Below, piece after piece: positions 24,045-37,600 of a DNA stretch of 64,000 nucleotides. The stretch spans positions 880,753 through 944,752 of the forward strand of contig MU057560.1 in NCBI GenBank assembly GCA_013265495.1, in the 5' to 3' direction. The DNA is from Vicugna vicugna (lineage: Eukaryota). The notes below the pieces were generated by a model. The model saw only the letters and a program-made list of their open reading frames with translations, ran no database searches and had not been told where the DNA came from. The stretch's first letter is position 1. The number at the start of each line of letters is the position of its first letter. The position numbers and the translations under genes are program-made.

Positions 24045-24696
24045 GCAGTGGGTATGACCCACATGGTGGGAGATCTGATCTTCCACCACTCAGTTCTCAT
24101 CAGCCATCACAGGAATCACACATCCAAGTCCTATTCTCTCTGCTGAAAATACTGTAACCTTCAGCGCCACCAAATCCACTCCATTTGAACGCGGGCTCCT
24201 CATCACACGTTGTAAGGACTTTGAGTGGCCTTCCACTTGCCGTCAGCCGCCTAATGAAATGTGTGTGCGTGACAGCGCTGCGTGTCCTGCACGCGCAGCG
24301 GTGGGGTTAATGGAAGGGCTTTCCGACCCGTGCAAGGTGTGAATTCGTAACGAGAGCTGGTGTGCGCAGACTTTAACAGCCTGTCAACTGCGTGAGTGGA
24401 CGATAATGAATTCAAGTCCAGTTGGGTTTTTCTCTGGTTTGCAAGTTTATTACCAAGAATGATGCAGACACAGGAGCCACCTGGGAAAACACCGCGTGCT
24501 CTGCGAGGGCCTGGGATGGAGTGGTCTTTTGTGAAAGGCCGAATGGACTGGTGGGAATGACTGAGCCTGTCCAACTTCCTCCTCTTCCCCACAAAATCAA
24601 GCAGCCTTCACGTTCACTGACTCCAGCGTTAGCGAAGAATAACCCCAAACTGGCCATTTTGACATGTGAGCATGATTTTATCAGAAACCGTATCTA

Positions 24697-25010
24697 CACC
24701 ATCCAGTGAGGCAGCCACTGGCCGCAGCAGGTGACTTCTGAGCACTTGAAACGTGGCTGGTCCACACTGAAATATGTTGTAGGGGTAAAATGCATGCTAC
24801 ATTTTAAACATTTACCGCAAAAAAGTAAACTATATAATTGATATTTTAACGTAAACTATATACGGAAATGATAATATCTTAAATATCATTGGTTAAATAA
24901 AATGTATGATTAAAATAAAGTTATATTTCCTTCTTTTTAGTCCCTTTGATGTGGTTACTAGAAAATTCAGTTATGGGCCTGGATCACATGATCTGCCTAC
25001 TTGGTTCTGC
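24697..25010. mobile_element. MER33/MER3-like hAT-Charlie DNA transposon
   Basis: gcagccactggcc...gagcacttgaaacgtggctggtcc...ggaaatgataatat...ggttaaataaaat...gatgtggttactagaaaatt. Confidence 0.75.
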
Positions 25011-25469
25011 CTTGTATTGTCCTCATTCGACCTGAACACTGAATACATACACTTCCTTTCTAGGTCATCAAATAACTACTTGATTCTTTTCTGTTGCATT
25101 TTCTTTTTGAAATTATATCTGCTTGGGGGATTTTTCAATAGTAGTGAATAAACGAATTCTCTTGTGGGTCTTTCGTTTTCACATCAACATACCAGATTTT
25201 ATATTTAAATTCATCAACACATACTACCTTTAAAAATAACCCTGAAGTAGACTTAGTGCAAATTTGGTAAAATAATTTCTCTCTCTATCCCAGGTAGGTT
25301 TTAACTGTTGGATTCACTCGTAACATGTGTCAAAAGAAGAAGAAAAATACTTTCACCTCTAACTCATTAATGACTGGTGTACCGATTACTGGAAAAGAAG
25401 TGTTTCAGTAACCTCATATCAATGGCATCAGGCCATATGTGACTTTCTTTCAATCAGCGTGAAGTTGAT

Positions 25470-25790
25470 GTTCATTCAGGATTTGCTTTTATTCGTGGCT
25501 GGGTAATATTCCGTAGCGTACATCTCCCACATTTTGTTTATCCACTCATCTTGTGATGGCCTTTTGAGGTTGTGTTCCTTGTTTGGGAATGTGAGTAATG
25601 CTACTGTGAACATTCATGTAAAAGTGTTTGTTTGAGTCCCTGTTCTCAGTTGTTCTGAGCATATGTATCCGGCTGGAATTGCTGGGTTGCATGTTAATTC
25701 TGTGTTTACCTTTTTCAGGAACTGCCAAACCCGTCCACAGTGGCTACACTGTTTTACCTTTCCACCATCAATGGAGGAGGGTTCTGATTA
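25470..25790 (-). mobile_element. Old L1M (L1MB-like) fragment
   Basis: gtaatattcc...cacattttgtttatccactcatc...gctactgtgaacattcatgta...gaattgctgggt...ggaactgccaaac...ccaccatcaatg. Confidence 0.8.
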
Positions 25791-28700
25791 ACATTACTGG
25801 CTATTTTAAATGACTCTGTAAGTGTTCTAGTCTGTTCTAAGACAGGTCTGGGTGCTGCCTCTCTTAAGCCCATTGTAAATACTTGCACGATAAAGTCCAG
25901 CATGCATGACCCCTTGGACACAGAGCCTCTCTGCTCTCAGCAGTGGTTCAGCTGCACCTCTGTCCTTCTCCTTCCTGGCTTTGGGGACTGAGAGTTTGGC
26001 AAACTTGAGTCAATCATCCTGTTTCTCCGTCTGTCAACCTTATTCTTTGTAAAACAAAGACAAGAATGAAGATGATTGCTCGAGTTGACGTGAGGCTCAA
26101 ATAAAGTGATGGGCATGAAGAGGTAAATCTGCACCTTCTTCCTGAGAAGGGTCTCAGTCAAGGCAGTCTTTTCTCTGTTCGCCTCTCTGGTTCCAGGGCT
26201 GACCCTCGGCCATGGGTCTCTGTGGGATGGTCGCTTAGGGCAGCTCACTGCCTTCACATGCAGCACACACTGGGTGTCAGGCACTGTGCTGGGTGTGGTA
26301 GAGGTGAGGTGGGAACTGGACAAGGGCAAGTTCCTGCCTCTGGATAGCTGGAGCACACTGGTCCAGTGGACTGACCCATGGCCAAGGAAGTGTAGAGCAG
26401 TGTTATGCTGGGAATAATCATTGGCCAAAAAAGTAGGTAGTAAAGGTCTTATGGATGTGAGCTGTTAACAGATATAGAGCAGAAAGCTAGAAAGGAAGTT
26501 TCTAGAACTCAAGACTTTGTTTCTCATCACAGCTCCCACCATAAAAAATAAAATGCAGTCTCCTTAGGGTGGCATTGAAAATGATTCTGTACTGGGCTCC
26601 GACCTCATTTCTAGTCTCGTGTCCCACCAACTGCCTCCCTCCTGCCATGGTTTTGAAGTGCATCGAGCTTCTGTCTTAGCCCCATGTCCTTGCTCACCCT
26701 GCTGCCTCTTTCCCCTTCCTGTAGGGGGGTCCTATTCATTTATTAAGGACTGTCTTTCATGCTATTTCCTTAGACTTACTTGTCTCCTCTGTCACCCCGG
26801 GCTGGGCCATGTGCTTTGCTTGGGCCAGTGGGATGGTGGAAGTGAAAGACAGCCGAAGGTTCTTGTACCCCTGTCACCGCCACGGACACACCTGCTAGAG
26901 GGGACAGGACACGGGGTGTGGGCATCCTCACTGCCTTAGCGGGCAGGCACCCGGCCGCTGGACATGTAAGCCTGGCTCAGAGCCAGAGACCTTCCCAGCC
27001 CAACCCAGGCCGAGCATCACTCGCCGAGATGGAGAGACCTTGTTTAGCACATGGTTGTTCCATCATTTGTGATGAAACGAGAGGCCTTGGAAGGCACTGG
27101 CCCATGTGAGCACAGAGACCCGCAGGTGCCTCTTGCCTGGAGAGTGTCTAGAGGAGGCTAGTCGGAGGGCTCGGTGAGCAGTTGACCCTCTTACTCCTGG
27201 TCACGGCAAGGACGTGGGGGTTTCTTGTGGGCTCGTGGAGGAGAGGCGTGCTCCCCAACTCCAAGTTCTCTCGTCCAGTCCTCGGTGCGGGGTCCCCCCG
27301 GCTTCTCTCAGCAACTTGACTCACACCTTCCCAGAGCCGGTCGGGGACTTAACTGACAGGGAAATATGGGCGGTAAATGGGCCTGCTCCGCCCGCTCTCC
27401 CATCTCCCTGGGGAACAGCTGTGTCCGCCGGGTGCCAGCCCTGCAGCGTGGCTGTGGCTGGGATGCTGGCAAGCCCAGGGTCTCGCACTGCTCTGCCCTT
27501 CACCTCGGCCTCTTCGGTAATAAAGGTGGCATTGTGCCCATCTCTTGTTCCTTGATGGACTTTCATTTTTCCAGCCCCGGGGCAGGGAAAGTGGCGCTGT
27601 TTACTGGAGTCTCCCTGGAGACCCATCAAGTAGTTTGAGTTACCTGTGAGCAAGAGGTGCAGTGTGAGAGGGTTCCAGCAGTAATCCAGGCTGCGAAGGC
27701 AGGAGCAGAGCTGGGGACACTCGGGACTGCCGGGCTGGGAGCATCCTTTCTGGGCTCCCTGCGGAGGGAAGCCCCTCCTCCCGCTCCAGCGAAGGAAAGC
27801 GTGTTCCGAAGGCTGGCAGCTGGGAGGGCGCCCGCGGCCGCCAGCGGGAGCCCTGGGAGAACTCACGGCAGGGGCCGGGACAGGAGAGCTGTTTCGCACT
27901 TTAAAAAATAAACGCCTTTAGCAAGCCCTGCTCGGGGAGTGCCTGGCAAGGGACGGGGCGGAGACAGGGCCTACCCACCCCTTAAACAAAGGGCTGGACC
28001 GAGGGAGGCCGGCTGAGCACGGGCGCGGCTGGCCAAGGGCCTGGCCCGAAGGCTGAAGCCAGGCTCCAGCAGAGAGCTCGGAGGCCGAGGTGCGCCCTCC
28101 CTTACCGGACCCAGGCCTTGGCGTACAGGCAGGAGCGGTGCCAGTCCTGGGCCTCTCCCTTTCCAGCCCCTTTCCCCTGCGCACTCTCTGCAGATCCCTT
28201 AGGGACCCCCAGTATTGCTCTCTTGAACCGGCGGAGGATGGCCACTCACACCCAGTCATGTTGGGGTGCAAAAATGGCCCCTTTCCTGGCTCCTCAAGGT
28301 ATTTTCAAAAAAAAAAATTAGAAAGTGACCTCGTTTCAGCTAACTGCCCTGCACTTGTGGAGTCAGGGGCCAATCTGCAGCCACCTCTTAAAATGACAGT
28401 CCTTTTCTTGACATAAGACAGTCCCCTCAGCTCAACGCCCCCAAAGGCCGTGACCCATGGACTGATGGCTACTGTGTCTGCTGTCCCCTGGGGATCCATG
28501 GGGGAAACTGGGTTTTAGGGGAAACGAAGGCACGTAACTGAATAAGAAAGATCTTCCCCCCCCCTTGAAAAGAGAGAGTTTCACGGGGCTTTGAGAGCCA
28601 CCCCCCGAGTGCTGGGAGAACGGAACGTGGGGATTTTGTGCGCGATCCCAGAAAAGTTCTCACGTGCCAACAGGCAAGGACAGTGATTTTCCCTTAAAAC

Positions 28701-28974
28701 AGCCCTGTCGTGGGTGCCCCCAGCCCCTCACAGAATAGAACGCTGACTAGTAAGGGCGGAAGCAAGCCGGTGCCGGTGCCGGTGCCCTGGGCTTTGCTCC
28801 GGCCCTCGCGTGCAGCTCGCGTGCCCACGTCGCGCGTCTTCAGCATTCACGGTGCTGCCTCCTCCGCTGTTGGTCTGCTTTTCCCACGCACGGTTCCCAT
28901 CTCCTCAACGAAATCCCACCCCCAGGGAGAGCGTCGGTTTAACTTGGTTTGTTCCAAAATCAAATGGCACTTAC

Positions 28975-29200
28975 CGAGCGTCAGGTGTTCAGCCGGACTG
29001 CCGATAAAATGAGGGTCCACAGAAGAACAAAGCTGCCACAGCAGCGTCAAAGACAGCCAGTCCTCGTGGAGCTCCGCTTCGGGAATCTCTCGGCAGCATC
29101 CACTCATCCGAGCTCTCGGCGCCCCCGGAAGTGCACAGTATCTGTCTGATTATGCGAAGTGGGAGTCGAGACTTTAAAGTCAGCACGTTTTCACGATCAC
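28975..29200 (-). other. Candidate alternative first exon (5' end approximate); ATG at 29107 opens 44 codons (MSGCCREIPE...AEHLTL) + phase-1 G
   Basis: Consensus donor CTCG|gtaagt (GT at 28974-28973), CpG-rich surroundings 28740-29150, ETS motif CCGGAAGTG at 29125-29133, no clear upstream acceptor. Confidence 0.5.
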
Positions 29201-31719
29201 AGTCTTACTTTTAAGACGGTATCTAATTCCAAAGTTAACATAAACAGCAATATATAATTACCCAGACAATTATTTCAGCAACCAAAAAATTGTATGTCTA
29301 GAGGAAAAATATTGAAATGCTTCTTAATGGTCACGTTAAAAAGATTTGTTGCACCAGCAAGCTAAGCTTCCAGCGCTAAAACCAGCCAGCCTGCTGTCTG
29401 CCAGGGCGCAGCAGACCTCGCCGTGCGGAGATGACTGCAGGGGCATTTTGGAGAGCAGGAGCAGCAGTGCGGAGCTAAAAGCATCTCCCCTCTCGTATCT
29501 TCTCCGACAAACTCTTGTAGAGCTGAGTTTCCTGTCTTTGGAGTCTCTTCCTATTAAGCTGCAGATGTGTTGGGGGAAGAGGCAGTTAGCCAGTGTCTGC
29601 TGAGCCCTGATTTCCTTTCTCAGGTTGTAACCAGGAATGAGATCGGTAAGCATAACTCTTGGTAAACTAGATGATCTGGGTCACTGGGGCTTCCTACCCC
29701 AGGGGGGAAGGCTCAGGGTAAGACAGTGCCAGGGGAGAAGGCGGTTCCGGGTCTGGGGTGGCAGAGAGAAGGAACACCCAGCATGAAGACAACGCTGGAT
29801 GGCGCACAGCAAAGAGAAGAGTGTCCAGGCTGAGCCCCCAGAGAATCCCAAAGATGGAGTTCCCCTCTTCCGTCCAGCGCAGTGCACTGGCTCCGGGCAC
29901 CCTGCCCTCGCGGGCGAGCTGAGCGTAATTCGGGCAGGGCCGTCAGCTCTGCTCCTCGGTGGCACAATTAGTGTGGCGCTTTCTGTCGGTCCCTGCGGGA
30001 GTGTCTAGCCAGGGCACAGCCATGACGTGGATTAAGTTTAGCGACTGTCAGCTCTTTGCAATCTGCAGTCTGGTTTCATTTCTGGCCAGGCTCCTTGTTT
30101 TGAATACTCTCCAGGCTTTTAATCACATTTCTTAGTTTTTCTTTGCGCTCTTGAAATTGTGTAAAATTGAGACAGTTCAAAGAAACATAGTTCATAATGC
30201 TGTCACCCACAGATACCTGGGATTCATAATTTTGTGTGTTTATTTCCAGCCTTTTTTTTGAACATATTTAGCAACATATTTCCTCAACGCTAAGATTTTA
30301 TAGATTAGAAAACGCATCTTCATTATAAGAGGGTTTTTTGGAACAAAGGAAAAAGAAAAGGAAAAGACATGGGTACCACCTTATCCAGAGTTTGCATGAT
30401 TTGTAAGATGCATCTCATTTTACAAATGATAAGGGAGGCGTATCAGAATAAAAAAAAGGAAATATAGAGCCTTATGACCCGGACGTATCAAATTTCAGGG
30501 ACATTACTCTGTTAAACACTCATAGGACAATAAATTAAACTTTACCCTGCATGGTTGTGTGTTGTCTGTTCTGGCCCCACTTCCCACGTGTCTCTGGGAA
30601 TCTTCAAGTGAATGTAACATCTTCCTGCCGATCAAGCGTGCGTGGCGGGGCACCTCCTCCCTCCGCAGTCCCGGGCTGCAGACCGCTGGTACCTCCTCCG
30701 GAGGCACGGAAGGAAGCACCCCCTACATCCTCCTATAACTGGGGGAAAAGAAAGCTCTAAAATAAGGAAAGAAAGTCTGGCAAATATTTTTACCAAGATG
30801 ATACGTTTTATTTGGGTACATCTATCTTTGGAGGATGCCGAATACCTATTTTGGGGGGAGGAATTCTATTCCTTTCTTTCTCACCTCCGTTCTGTTAACC
30901 TGTCGGTGGAGTCCCTGCTGCCTGACTTCCTTCCTTCTTTTCAGTTTTTTACCCCAAGCTGACATAAGCTTATCTCTTTATTCCCTATTGCACTGTTAAG
31001 TTCAGGTGACATATTTCAGAAAATGAAGACATGTAACCATTTCTTTATATTCTGAATTGTCTTTGATTGAGTTTGATGTGGCTGCCCCAGCCCCCTGGCT
31101 TGGTTGAAACTCCAATCTTGGTTTGGAGTTTTTCACCTGCTCCCTGAGGAGCACACGAAAATCCTTGGCTTATGCAAACTAATACCCCTGTGCTTCCGGA
31201 AGGCCTCTGAAATCTACAGAGACAGTTGATTCTCCTGGCGCAGGACGCCTGGAGGGCGGGAGTCGGGCACTGTTTGCAGGAGCTTGTGTGTGTGTTGTGG
31301 GGGCTGCCCTTCCCTCTCCTCTTCTGGTGGGGGAGCTGGCACTTAGTGTAGGGACCGCATACTGCCCACCAAACCTGGACAAAGTGAGCCTGGGGTCCCC
31401 GGCGCCCCTGTAAGTGTGGGCACGTGATGGAGCCCACAGAACGTGAGGGAAAGTTAGGAGGGTCCCCCGGCCTAGCCCTCCTGCAGGTGGCTGTGTGCAC
31501 CTCCCATGGGCTGGGTGCAAGGACTCTGAGACCCTACAGGATGACAGTCTCCCAGGGCAGGAAACCGTTCTGCCACCAGAAACACCTGCCACCCCAGAGG
31601 TTATGAGAAAGACTTCCCTGTGTTGAAGCACTGGAATCATAGGGTGTGTTTGGTACGATCTAGCATCACCTCAGTGAATACATCTCTCAGTGATCTGAAG
31701 AACAGAATATACGTAGACA

Positions 31720-33200
31720 TATATCACAATGTATTCCACCATCTTCCCCTTTCAGACTTTTTGGTTCATTAACATTTACGTGTTGGAAATAACACTGTAA
31801 TAAACATTCTTGAAGTATCTTTGCATATTTAGAGGAATAGTTACGAGGGTATGTTTTTAAGAGCAGAAATTTGCAGTGGAAGTGTATTGGGAATTTTAAA
31901 TGTCAGCTCAGTTTGAAAAAGTTACCAAATTGCCCTGAAAAATACGTGCCAAATCGGGCTCCCCAGATGACGCATGAGCGCACCTTCCTCGTGCCTGTTC
32001 CAGTCGCGTGTACCACCGAGCATCTCACTATTGGCCACCACGAGGGAAAACACAAAAAAGCTCTCTCCTTGTTTATTGCAGTGACGTTGAGCTTCCTTTC
32101 CTTTTCATGTGTTTAAAAGCTGTTCACATTTCTTACGCGAATTATTTTTTCATATGTCTTTTGCGAGACTTTATTGAATTGTTCATATTTTTCTTACTGA
32201 TGTGTAGAAAAAACGGTTTACATATGAGGAAACTGGACTTTTATCTCTTATTTATCTTGAAAATATTGTGCCTCTATTACAGCATACGGTCTCCCAGTCT
32301 AACTTTCATTCATAATATCCTTTGACAGATGAGACATTTATGTATACATAGATTTTAACTTTTATGTAGACAAATTGTTGATCTATTACTTTTTGACGAC
32401 TAGGTATTGTTGCTTTGTAAGGCTAGCATTATCATTCACAATTTTACAAAAAATAGAATATATAAGATATATAAATATAAATATATTTTCTTCTAATTAA
32501 TGAAAATGTATATATACACATATATACATTTCTGTATATATTTTTTGATTATGTGTCATAAATGTATCTATATATAGAAACTTATGTGTATCTATACAAG
32601 TAAATGTATACATATGTGTGCATAATCCATCTGGGCAAAGTGGGATGTAAGAGAATTTTATAATTTCCATGGATATAGCAGATTATATCAGCATAGCTAA
32701 TCATCTGACGTAAATTCTGCATCTATCGTGTAATAAATTTTCATATATATCCGTTTCAGTCTCTGATGTTTTCATTGGTCTGCTCTCATACTGAATGAAA
32801 AATCTGGGATCCAACTTTTAGTGGTTGCGTGCTGTTTCATCATGCAGGTGTGATAACGCAATTAGCTTATTCCCTACTGCGGAAGGTGGTTTGATTTTTA
32901 TTATTTGCCATGTGAGCATCTTTGTGCGTGAAACTATGATCTGTAACTTTCATGTGGTTTTTTTAAGGTTGATTCCTTGAATTAACACAATACGTATATT
33001 TTTAAGAATCTTGAGACATATTTTCCACATTATTTCAGAAAGCAATTTGTGACAATGGATCTTCCACCAGCAGTAGCCGAAAGTGCTCTTTCATCAATCC
33101 TCACCAGCATTTATACCTTTAAGAATGCTGGCTGATTGGAGAGGCTGTGACAGCATCACGCCGTGGTTACCTTTGCTTATAGCTTGATCATTTAAAAAAT
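31720..33200 (-). mobile_element. Degenerate L1ME-like fragments
   Basis: T-rich segment with L1 motifs (taataaacattctt, gaaatttgcagtgg, atgtgtttaaaagctgttc, cttccaccagcagt, tcctcaccagca); boundaries approximate. Confidence 0.6.
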
Positions 33201-34190
33201 ATTGTTCGCACCCAGCACCTTTATGCAAATTTAGTTTAACAAGACGGATGCAGTGCGGTAAGATTTAATCCAAGAGTCTTAAAAGTTCAAAATAATTTTA
33301 ATAAATGGCCTTTAGAGGTAGAAAAAATATTTCTATGCTCTAAGCCTGATAATGTTAAGACTTCTATTTTTCTGGTATTAGCCCTCAGATGACGATAGGC
33401 TTTTTCTGTGTCTTGGAGCAGAGCTGCTTTCTGGCGGTGATTCAGGTGACCAAATGTTCACACGGAAGCCTGGCTCTGCCCTGGTCTGAGCGGAAGCAGG
33501 GGTGCGCCCACCTGCCCTGCCCCCGCAGGGAGAGCGGGTCGGGCGCACTGTGCCCGGGAGGTTAAACCTGCCTCTCCCTGAAATTGGAGAGCTTTCTGCT
33601 CCAGGCCTCGTCTGTCACCAAACATGTCACCACTGGCGCAGGTGTTAAACCCACCTCTCTCCTTTCCATCCCATGGAAGGAGCCCAGGTGGGCAGCCCAC
33701 GACTTGGGCTGTGAGTGCAGGCACCCCGGGCTCACACTGCCCCTCGGTGACAGCCCACACACGTGGGGAGTCCAGACACTTGCAGGCTGGAAACTGAATT
33801 TCAGAGGCTGCTCAGGTCCACGCTGGGCGTGTGCGCTGTTGGAAATGAGCTGTCGCCGGTCACCGACCTGCTGGGGTGGCTTGGTGGATGCCGAGTCGGG
33901 GGGCGGGGGTCACCAGGGCTGGAGAGTCGTTTCTCCTGCTGCCTCATTGCTGGGCGGGGCCATCCCCAAGGGAACGTGGTGGCTTCCTAAAATCCAGTGA
34001 CCCCGAGAGGCTGGATGGATGCTTTTTAAATTCACCTCCAACAGCCAGAGGCCCTTCCGTGAGGACAGGATGTGGCTGATAATTGTCAGGTCTGAAGACA
34101 GGCCAGAAAGAAAATCACCGTGACTTAACTCTGACGATGAAGAGCGGAGCTCCCACCAAGAAGAGGTAAGACAAAGACAAAGAGCCACTG

Positions 34191-34682
34191 CTTGCTCACT
34201 GTGTCCGCGAGCCTGTTTCTGGTTTGTAGCTGAGATCACCAGTGTCTTCTTTTTCCCTTTTTTCAGACTCCACATATGAGTGACATCACATGGTATTTTT
34301 CTTTCTCTTGCTGGCTGACTTCACTTAGAATGACGACCTCTAGGTCCATCCATGTTGCTGCAAATGGCATTATTTTATTCTTTATTATGGCTGACTCACA
34401 GAAATAGTAAACAATCTTATGGCTATCGGGGGAAAGGGAGTGGGAAGGAATAAATTTGGGAGTTTGGGATCTGCAGATGTTGGCCACGATACACAAAATA
34501 GATTTTAAAAACTCAAATTTCTTTTGTATAGCACAGGGAGCTATATTCAATATCTTGTAATAAACTTTAATGAAAAAGAATATGAACGTGAACATATGTA
34601 TGCATATGCCTGACTGGGACATTGTGCTGTACACCAGAGACTGACCATTGTAACCGACTGTACTTCGGTTAAAAACAAAAAA
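34191..34682 (+). mobile_element. LINE-1 with 5' inversion (minus 34191-~34394, plus ~34393-34682)
   Basis: The minus part encodes the ORF2 end ([26 protein letters not shown]); the plus part is 3'UTR with an A tail; TSD aaa(g/a)agccactg at 34179-34190 and 34678-34689. Confidence 0.9.
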
Positions 34683-36527
34683 GCCACTGATGAGCTACGA
34701 TTATGAAGACGTGCTGGTTGGAGCAGGAGAAGCTAAAGGTGCAGGGAGTCTGTCAGCCCGGCCCTCACAGTCACCACCCAGTAGCCTTGGGGACGAGCCT
34801 GGGAGGAGCAGCAAGCATTCCCCCTGCTCACACCCCAAAACCCCAGACAAAACCGAGGCCCTGTGCTCTGTGCGTATTCCTGTTTCAAACACCAGAACAC
34901 CCTGCTCCAAATCAGTCAAGAAAGGAGTTGACTGAATTACAGATGGAAGATGCCAACTGAGCAGGGCTCCACTCGGTCAGTCAGTCAGTCACTTCTGTGG
35001 GCACCGAATGGTTTACATCAAGGCTTTAACTGAGCGGCAGACGGGGCAGGAGAGAATGTCTTCGAGGTCACTGTAAACATTGGCCTGCCTTAACAAATGT
35101 ATACATTTAAAGGCCAGGGGAAAGAAACTGTTGAAGAGCAGTAACAGGATGTATGCTGCCCCACATCAAAGGGGGTCTTCTAAAAATAGGTCTGCCGGTG
35201 CTCCCTGCAACGCAGAGGGCTTCAGAGGAAAGGGTGGGACGGAACCGGGAGAGAGGGCTGCTCCTTGCCTTCAACATTGCCACGTACATCTCCTGGATTA
35301 CGTGGCGGTGCTTGTTCACAGCAGAAGTACTTACAGCTGAACCACAACGGAAACATAATTGAAATATCCCACTGTCATCTCAATGAATTTTAAATCAGGG
35401 TGTGACATTCTCATTCTGGGGTATCAGGAACATCGGAAATGTGAAGGAGTTGGGAGAGTCCAGCTCTTGGAACGGCGTGGGCGGTATTCTCATTCACGAG
35501 GTGTGGAAGGCCAGGTCTGGGCTCCACCCTCCACTGCTAAGGTCCGGGCAGCCCTACGCACAGTGCTGGGTGGTGTGGCAGAGAGAGGGGGAGGCGGAGG
35601 AGCGGGGAGAGGCCCCCGAGGGAAAAGCCCGTACTCAGAGTCAGGAAGGGACGGGATGGGGCATCAGCAGGAGAGGAAGGATAATGTCGCTGATTCTCGG
35701 TGTCTTGAGAGCAGACAGTGTTGCCCCTGCGGTCTTGGGGTAAGAGGACGTGTTGCAGCCCATGGACCACAATATTATTCACTCCAGCTCCTTGAAGTGC
35801 AGTCATTCTCCCAATCAGTCAGGCCAGAGAGAGCATTTTCCAAAAAATGCAGTCAAGTCCATTACAGTTTGTAAAATTTTTATTCGTGCTTTATCTTCAG
35901 ACTCAGTAGTTTAAATACGTTGGCATCAGCCTGGGAGGGAGACCGTGGTGAGAAGGCTGCCCTGCCCTGAAATTCTGTAAAGCTGAGCATCGCGGTGCTG
36001 GGGCTGGTCCCTCCATAGGGGTGGACATGAGTAGGCAAGAGGGAGAACTTAGGCTTCTGCCCGGCACTGCCACGGGGCCCCGGGGGACCCGGGAGGACGG
36101 AGTCTGGACTGTGGTGCTCAGTTCCTGCCTCACATCAGCCCGAGGTGAGCTCCTGCCCCGAGGATCCTGAGTTCAGGGACCCCAGTGCACTTGCTGCGCT
36201 CTGCGCCGTGAGTGTCACGCGGGGCGTCCGAGGACCACGACGTTCGGCCCCCACTGAGGCGCTCCACCACCTCGCACTCGTCCGTTACCTGGTGTCTGTA
36301 AATTTCCAACTTGCAGGTAGGATTCAAAACACAAATGCGTTCGTATTTCCAACAGCACGTTGAGTGGATCAATCCCTCTTCCACCTGCGTCTTCGGTGCG
36401 CCTCATTTCCGCTCCTGTAAACGTGATCTAGTAAAACCTCTCCGTAACGCATCGGTGCCCTTCATGTCTGTTCTGTGGGTCAGCCTGAGCCCCCAGCTTT
36501 CCTCTCCCACTTAGCTCCCCCTGCCAT

Positions 36528-36890
36528 CTTTCTGTTTGTTGCCTGGTTGGTTTTAACTGAAGTGTAGTTGAGTTCCCATGTTGTGCTAGTTTCTGGCGCA
36601 CAGCACGGTGATTCAGTCACACACACATACGTATACTCTTTCTCATTATAGGTTATTACAAGCTATTGAATACAGTTGCCTGTGCTCTATAGTAGGACCT
36701 TGTTGTGTATCTATCTTATATACAGTAGTGTGTATCTGTTACTCCCGGAGACCTAATTTATTAAAAACGCTGGCATAAGTTTGTTTTCTATGTCTGTGAG
36801 TCTGTTTCTGTTTTGCGAATAAGTTCATTTGTGTCATTTTTGTTTAGATTTCTCATACAGGTGACATCATATGATACTTGTCTTTCTCTC
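36528..36890 (-). mobile_element. 5'-truncated LINE-1 3' end
   Basis: aactgaagtgtagttga...agtaggaccttgttg...tgtctgtgagtctgtttctg...gacatcatatgatacttgtctttctct. Confidence 0.88.
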
Positions 36891-37119
36891 TCTTTCTTCT
36901 GCTTTAACTAATCTACTGGCCTGATGCTCCTAATCGCACACATCCTGATTGTGAGATACAATAGTCCTGAACGCTTTGGGTCATATTGTCAGTCTATTTC
37001 CAATTTTGGAGAATCAAGAAAAGGACCCATGGAGGAGATGGAACGGAAGAATGGATTACATTTTAAACTGCAGAAGGAGAACGAGGGTGTGATGAAAGGA
37101 CACTTCAAGATGATGCATC

Positions 37120-37600
37120 AGCATCAAGACAATATTTTCTTAGTCTACTATGTGCAAGAGGCTGTGCATCGCGTGTATAACAAAGACCAAATTAGAAGCT
37201 ATGATTTTAATATGATTGTAATTCATTGGTGAAATAAGACATCTGCATAAATAACTTGAGTGTAAGTCTCAGTGGGGTGACAAGATAGTTATACACGGCA
37301 TATTGCAAGCTTCCAGAAAAGGCAAACATTTCTCCCAGTTAAGTCGTCCAGGGAAATTATCCTGGTGGATACAGAAGCTAAAACGCATCCGGAAATATGA
37401 GTAGGAATTAGTGACCAGAAAGGATGTGGGCAAGTCCAGCTCCACCTGCCTTTGTAACTGTGTGTCTGCACAATCAGAAGATGAGCTGAATGGTCTAAAG
37501 GGATTTGGGAGAATGATGTAGGAAAGGCTCGCTAGTGAGAGCTCCAAAGGGCTTTACATGGCCAGCTGAGGAATTTGGAGCCCATCCTATACAGACCAGA
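37120..37600. mobile_element. L2 LINE fragment
   Basis: tctactatgtgcaag...gaagctaaaac...gagtaggaattag...gaggaatttggagccc, degenerate L2-like; boundaries approximate. Confidence 0.45.
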
